The notes beneath the pieces were generated by a model. The model was not told the origin of the DNA. It saw nothing but the letters and a program-made list of their open reading frames with translations, and did not search any database. 64,000 nt of DNA, taken from assembly GCA_038845975.1 (NCBI GenBank), contig JAWBQF010000004.1:64001-128000 (forward strand), written 5' to 3'. A program made the position numbers and the translations under genes. The DNA is from Candidatus Methanomethylicia archaeon. Lineage in GTDB: Archaea > Thermoproteota > Methanomethylicia > CALHIW01. Positions 61,784 to 64,000 of the stretch are shown here, in pieces (position 1 is the stretch's first letter; every line of letters begins with the position of its first letter).

Positions 61784-61846
61784 AAAATTAACATTACAAA
61801 TCTCTAATAGTATACAAGCAGTAGTAATGATTTAAACTACTATACT

Positions 61847-64000
61847 TCACGTCATATTAATGCTTACTAGCTTCTCTATTGTTTCAGCTATTTTCAATAT
61901 GTATGCTTGTGCTTTTCTTGTTAGCTTTCTTGTCTCCCCATAATGCTTTACATATTCCTCATCATCCTCACCTCCCATAATTGCTTCTAATAGTTTTCTC
62001 CTTATGTTTACTGGTGGATAGCTTAATGGCTTAACATTATCTTCAACATATTTTCTTAATGGTATCTTATACCATTCAGACTCTATAGCTATTGATGCTG
62101 CTGTGTTTATTATGGTGCTTAAAGCCTCAACACCCTTACTTGTTAGTTTTCCGTTTTCTACGTATTCCCCAAATTCCTCAATTCCCTCAACTATGTATTT
62201 GTATAGTTTCTCCCTTACATTTAATAGTGGTAGGATTGTTGGTTGTTTCAGCTTGAAGTTTATCTTATCTATGTTTTCAATCCATCTATATGCTTCATCT
62301 TCATCCATTCCCAATATTGACTTTAATGCTGATGTATAGTTTTGACTGTTAACCTCTCCTGTTATGCATATTTCTTTAAGCTCACTATACGTGAACGATA
62401 TGTTTAGCCTTACATGCTCCTGAAGCTTCACTACTGGATTTCTTAATGTCCCCCTTACTATTTCCCTATCTACCTCATTTCTTATTGATGCTAGTGTTGG
62501 TGGGATTTCAGGTGTTTGAATTATGAATTCACCAGTATTCATCTCCGTAACTATCTTTATGAATTCATCCTCATACCTTCTCTCAACCCCTAAAACATTC
62601 ATCATGTCTCTAGCCTCACTACCTGAAAGCCTCATAACAATCCTAACACCTGAATTCGTAAATACATCAGGAGTTATTAGTGATGGATTCTGAGTAACTG
62701 CTATTATGTATACTCCATACTTCCTCAACTCCCTATATATTCTATCCAGTATACTATGCCTTAACCCTATTTGAGCTACTCTATGAGCTTCATCCAGAAC
62801 AATATATAGATTACTTATCCTACCCTGCTCTGCAAGTATGAATACTAGGTTTAGGATTAAATGTATTGCTAATGTTTTCTCCTCATCACCTCCTAGACTA
62901 CTAAGATCTACAGCTATCCTCCCCTTCAACTCTGGAGCTGTAGGCTCACCAACTACATCTAGCGCCCCTCCAACAAACGGCTTTATCCTACTCCTCAACG
63001 CTGCATATAAATTCCTCTCCTCCTCCCTCCTACTTATCCTCATGCATGCTTCAAGCATAACATCAAGCTTTGAGAAACACTTACCACCACTTCTACTCGA
63101 AGTAAATGCTGAAAGTATAGCTTCCTGAGCAGGTGTTACTACATCTTCTCTTCCATATCTTACTCTAAGCAGTGATGTAAATACATCTATAGCATTATCT
63201 TTAAGCATGTTTGAGAATATGTTTAGCCTTAGATCCCTAACTGATAACACCCTATCAGCTATAATACTCATCTGACCTGTCGGATCAATAATTAATACGT
63301 TATGTTTAAGCTGGCTTACTACATGCATTACCAGAGTTGTCTTACCGCTACCTGTAGCTCCAACAATAATCCAATGATAATTTATGAATGGTATATGTAG
63401 TGGATATGTCTTCTCAAGATTTCTCTGCAAGGTATATCCTAGAAACAATCCATCATTAAATCTCTGCTTATACTCATATATGAATTCATGGTCTGGATAT
63501 GGGTAAATAATTGATGAGAGCTGACATGATGGAATAAGGATTCTAAACCTCAATACATGGTTAGGTCTAGATTTAACAGACTTTACATTATCTCCATTAA
63601 CTACCGATGCTAAAACCCCCTCACCACCAGCATGAATAATCCTAACAGATGAAAGCTCATAATCAAGCTCCTGGTTAACCCTCCTTAACAAATACCTTTT
63701 CAACCATCCTACCTTATCTACATCAATAACCGTTACCCCACATGTTCTAAGCTTAATATCGTTAAGGGATTTAGATAGCTTAACTATTCTCCTATCATCT
63801 ACTTGACGTAAAGACTCAACAACCCTACACTCATAAACCAACTCTCCACCCCTATAAGCCCTAAACCTATTAAATGAGAGGTTAATACTTGTTATTGGTG
63901 GACTACATTCCTCAAGTCTTGCACCCATCCTCTCAAAACAATTCCTAATATCATCACCATCAAAAACATACAGATACTGCTCACCCCTAAACACAACTAT
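61847..64000 (-). CDS. HerA/VirB4/FtsK-superfamily ATPase (DUF87), probably 5'-truncated by window edge
   Basis: HWIIVGATGSGKTT, LIIDPTG, IVLDEAHR, RELRKYGV...VTQNPS; frame is open to base 64000. Confidence 0.85.
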   Translation of the reverse strand: MVVFRGEQYLYVFDGDDIRNCFERMGARLEECSPPITSINLSFNRFRAYRGGELVYECRVVESLRQVDDRRIVKLSKSLNDIKLRTCGVTVIDVDKVGWLKRYLLRRVNQELDYELSSVRIIHAGGEGVLASVVNGDNVKSVKSRPNHVLRFRILIPSCQLSSIIYPYPDHEFIYEYKQRFNDGLFLGYTLQRNLEKTYPLHIPFINYHWIIVGATGSGKTTLVMHVVSQLKHNVLIIDPTGQMSIIADRVLSVRDLRLNIFSNMLKDNAIDVFTSLLRVRYGREDVVTPAQEAILSAFTSSRSGGKCFSKLDVMLEACMRISRREEERNLYAALRSRIKPFVGGALDVVGEPTAPELKGRIAVDLSSLGGDEEKTLAIHLILNLVFILAEQGRISNLYIVLDEAHRVAQIGLRHSILDRIYRELRKYGVYIIAVTQNPSLITPDVFTNSGVRIVMRLSGSEARDMMNVLGVERRYEDEFIKIVTEMNTGEFIIQTPEIPPTLASIRNEVDREIVRGTLRNPVVKLQEHVRLNISFTYSELKEICITGEVNSQNYTSALKSILGMDEDEAYRWIENIDKINFKLKQPTILPLLNVREKLYKYIVEGIEEFGEYVENGKLTSKGVEALSTIINTAASIAIESEWYKIPLRKYVEDNVKPLSYPPVNIRRKLLEAIMGGEDDEEYVKHYGETRKLTRKAQAYILKIAETIEKLVSINMT

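Noticed and set aside
1-64000. tRNA, rRNA or CRISPR arrays
   Set aside because: No GC-rich cloverleaf or rRNA-like segment and no regularly spaced direct repeats were seen on manual reading.

Overview
AT-rich chromosomal segment of an archaeon. Reverse gyrase, archaeal Hsp20, archaeal PPAT, four-subunit oxoacid:ferredoxin oxidoreductases and GGTGA-type RBSs point to a (hyper)thermophilic anaerobe; placement in Thermoproteota/TACK is inference. Contents: two gamma-delta-alpha-beta 2-oxoacid:ferredoxin oxidoreductase operons, acyl-CoA/beta-oxidation genes, a B12-dependent acyl-CoA mutase with isobutyryl-CoA-mutase-type residues plus MeaB, a DsrMKJOP/FadF-like membrane redox cluster with a triheme cytochrome c, TatAC, ABC and tripartite tricarboxylate transporters, and an accessory right end (GH99-like surface protein, serine recombinase relic, MntA/HepT pair, Ig-repeat protein, HerA/VirB4-like ATPase). 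Many spacers carry decayed IS6/IS1595 pieces and a MITE. The main observation: the gamma-subunit gene of the second oxidoreductase operon (7115-7720) carries a 39-nt, stop-containing insertion (7244-7282) that folds into a canonical bulge-helix-bulge motif. Cutting it by the tRNA-splicing-endonuclease rule restores FGPERSGAPV and gives a 567-nt CDS, the same length as the intron-less paralog at 622-1188. This is a candidate mRNA intron in a central metabolic gene. No rRNA, tRNA or CRISPR array was seen. All calls come from reading motifs by eye, with no database searches.
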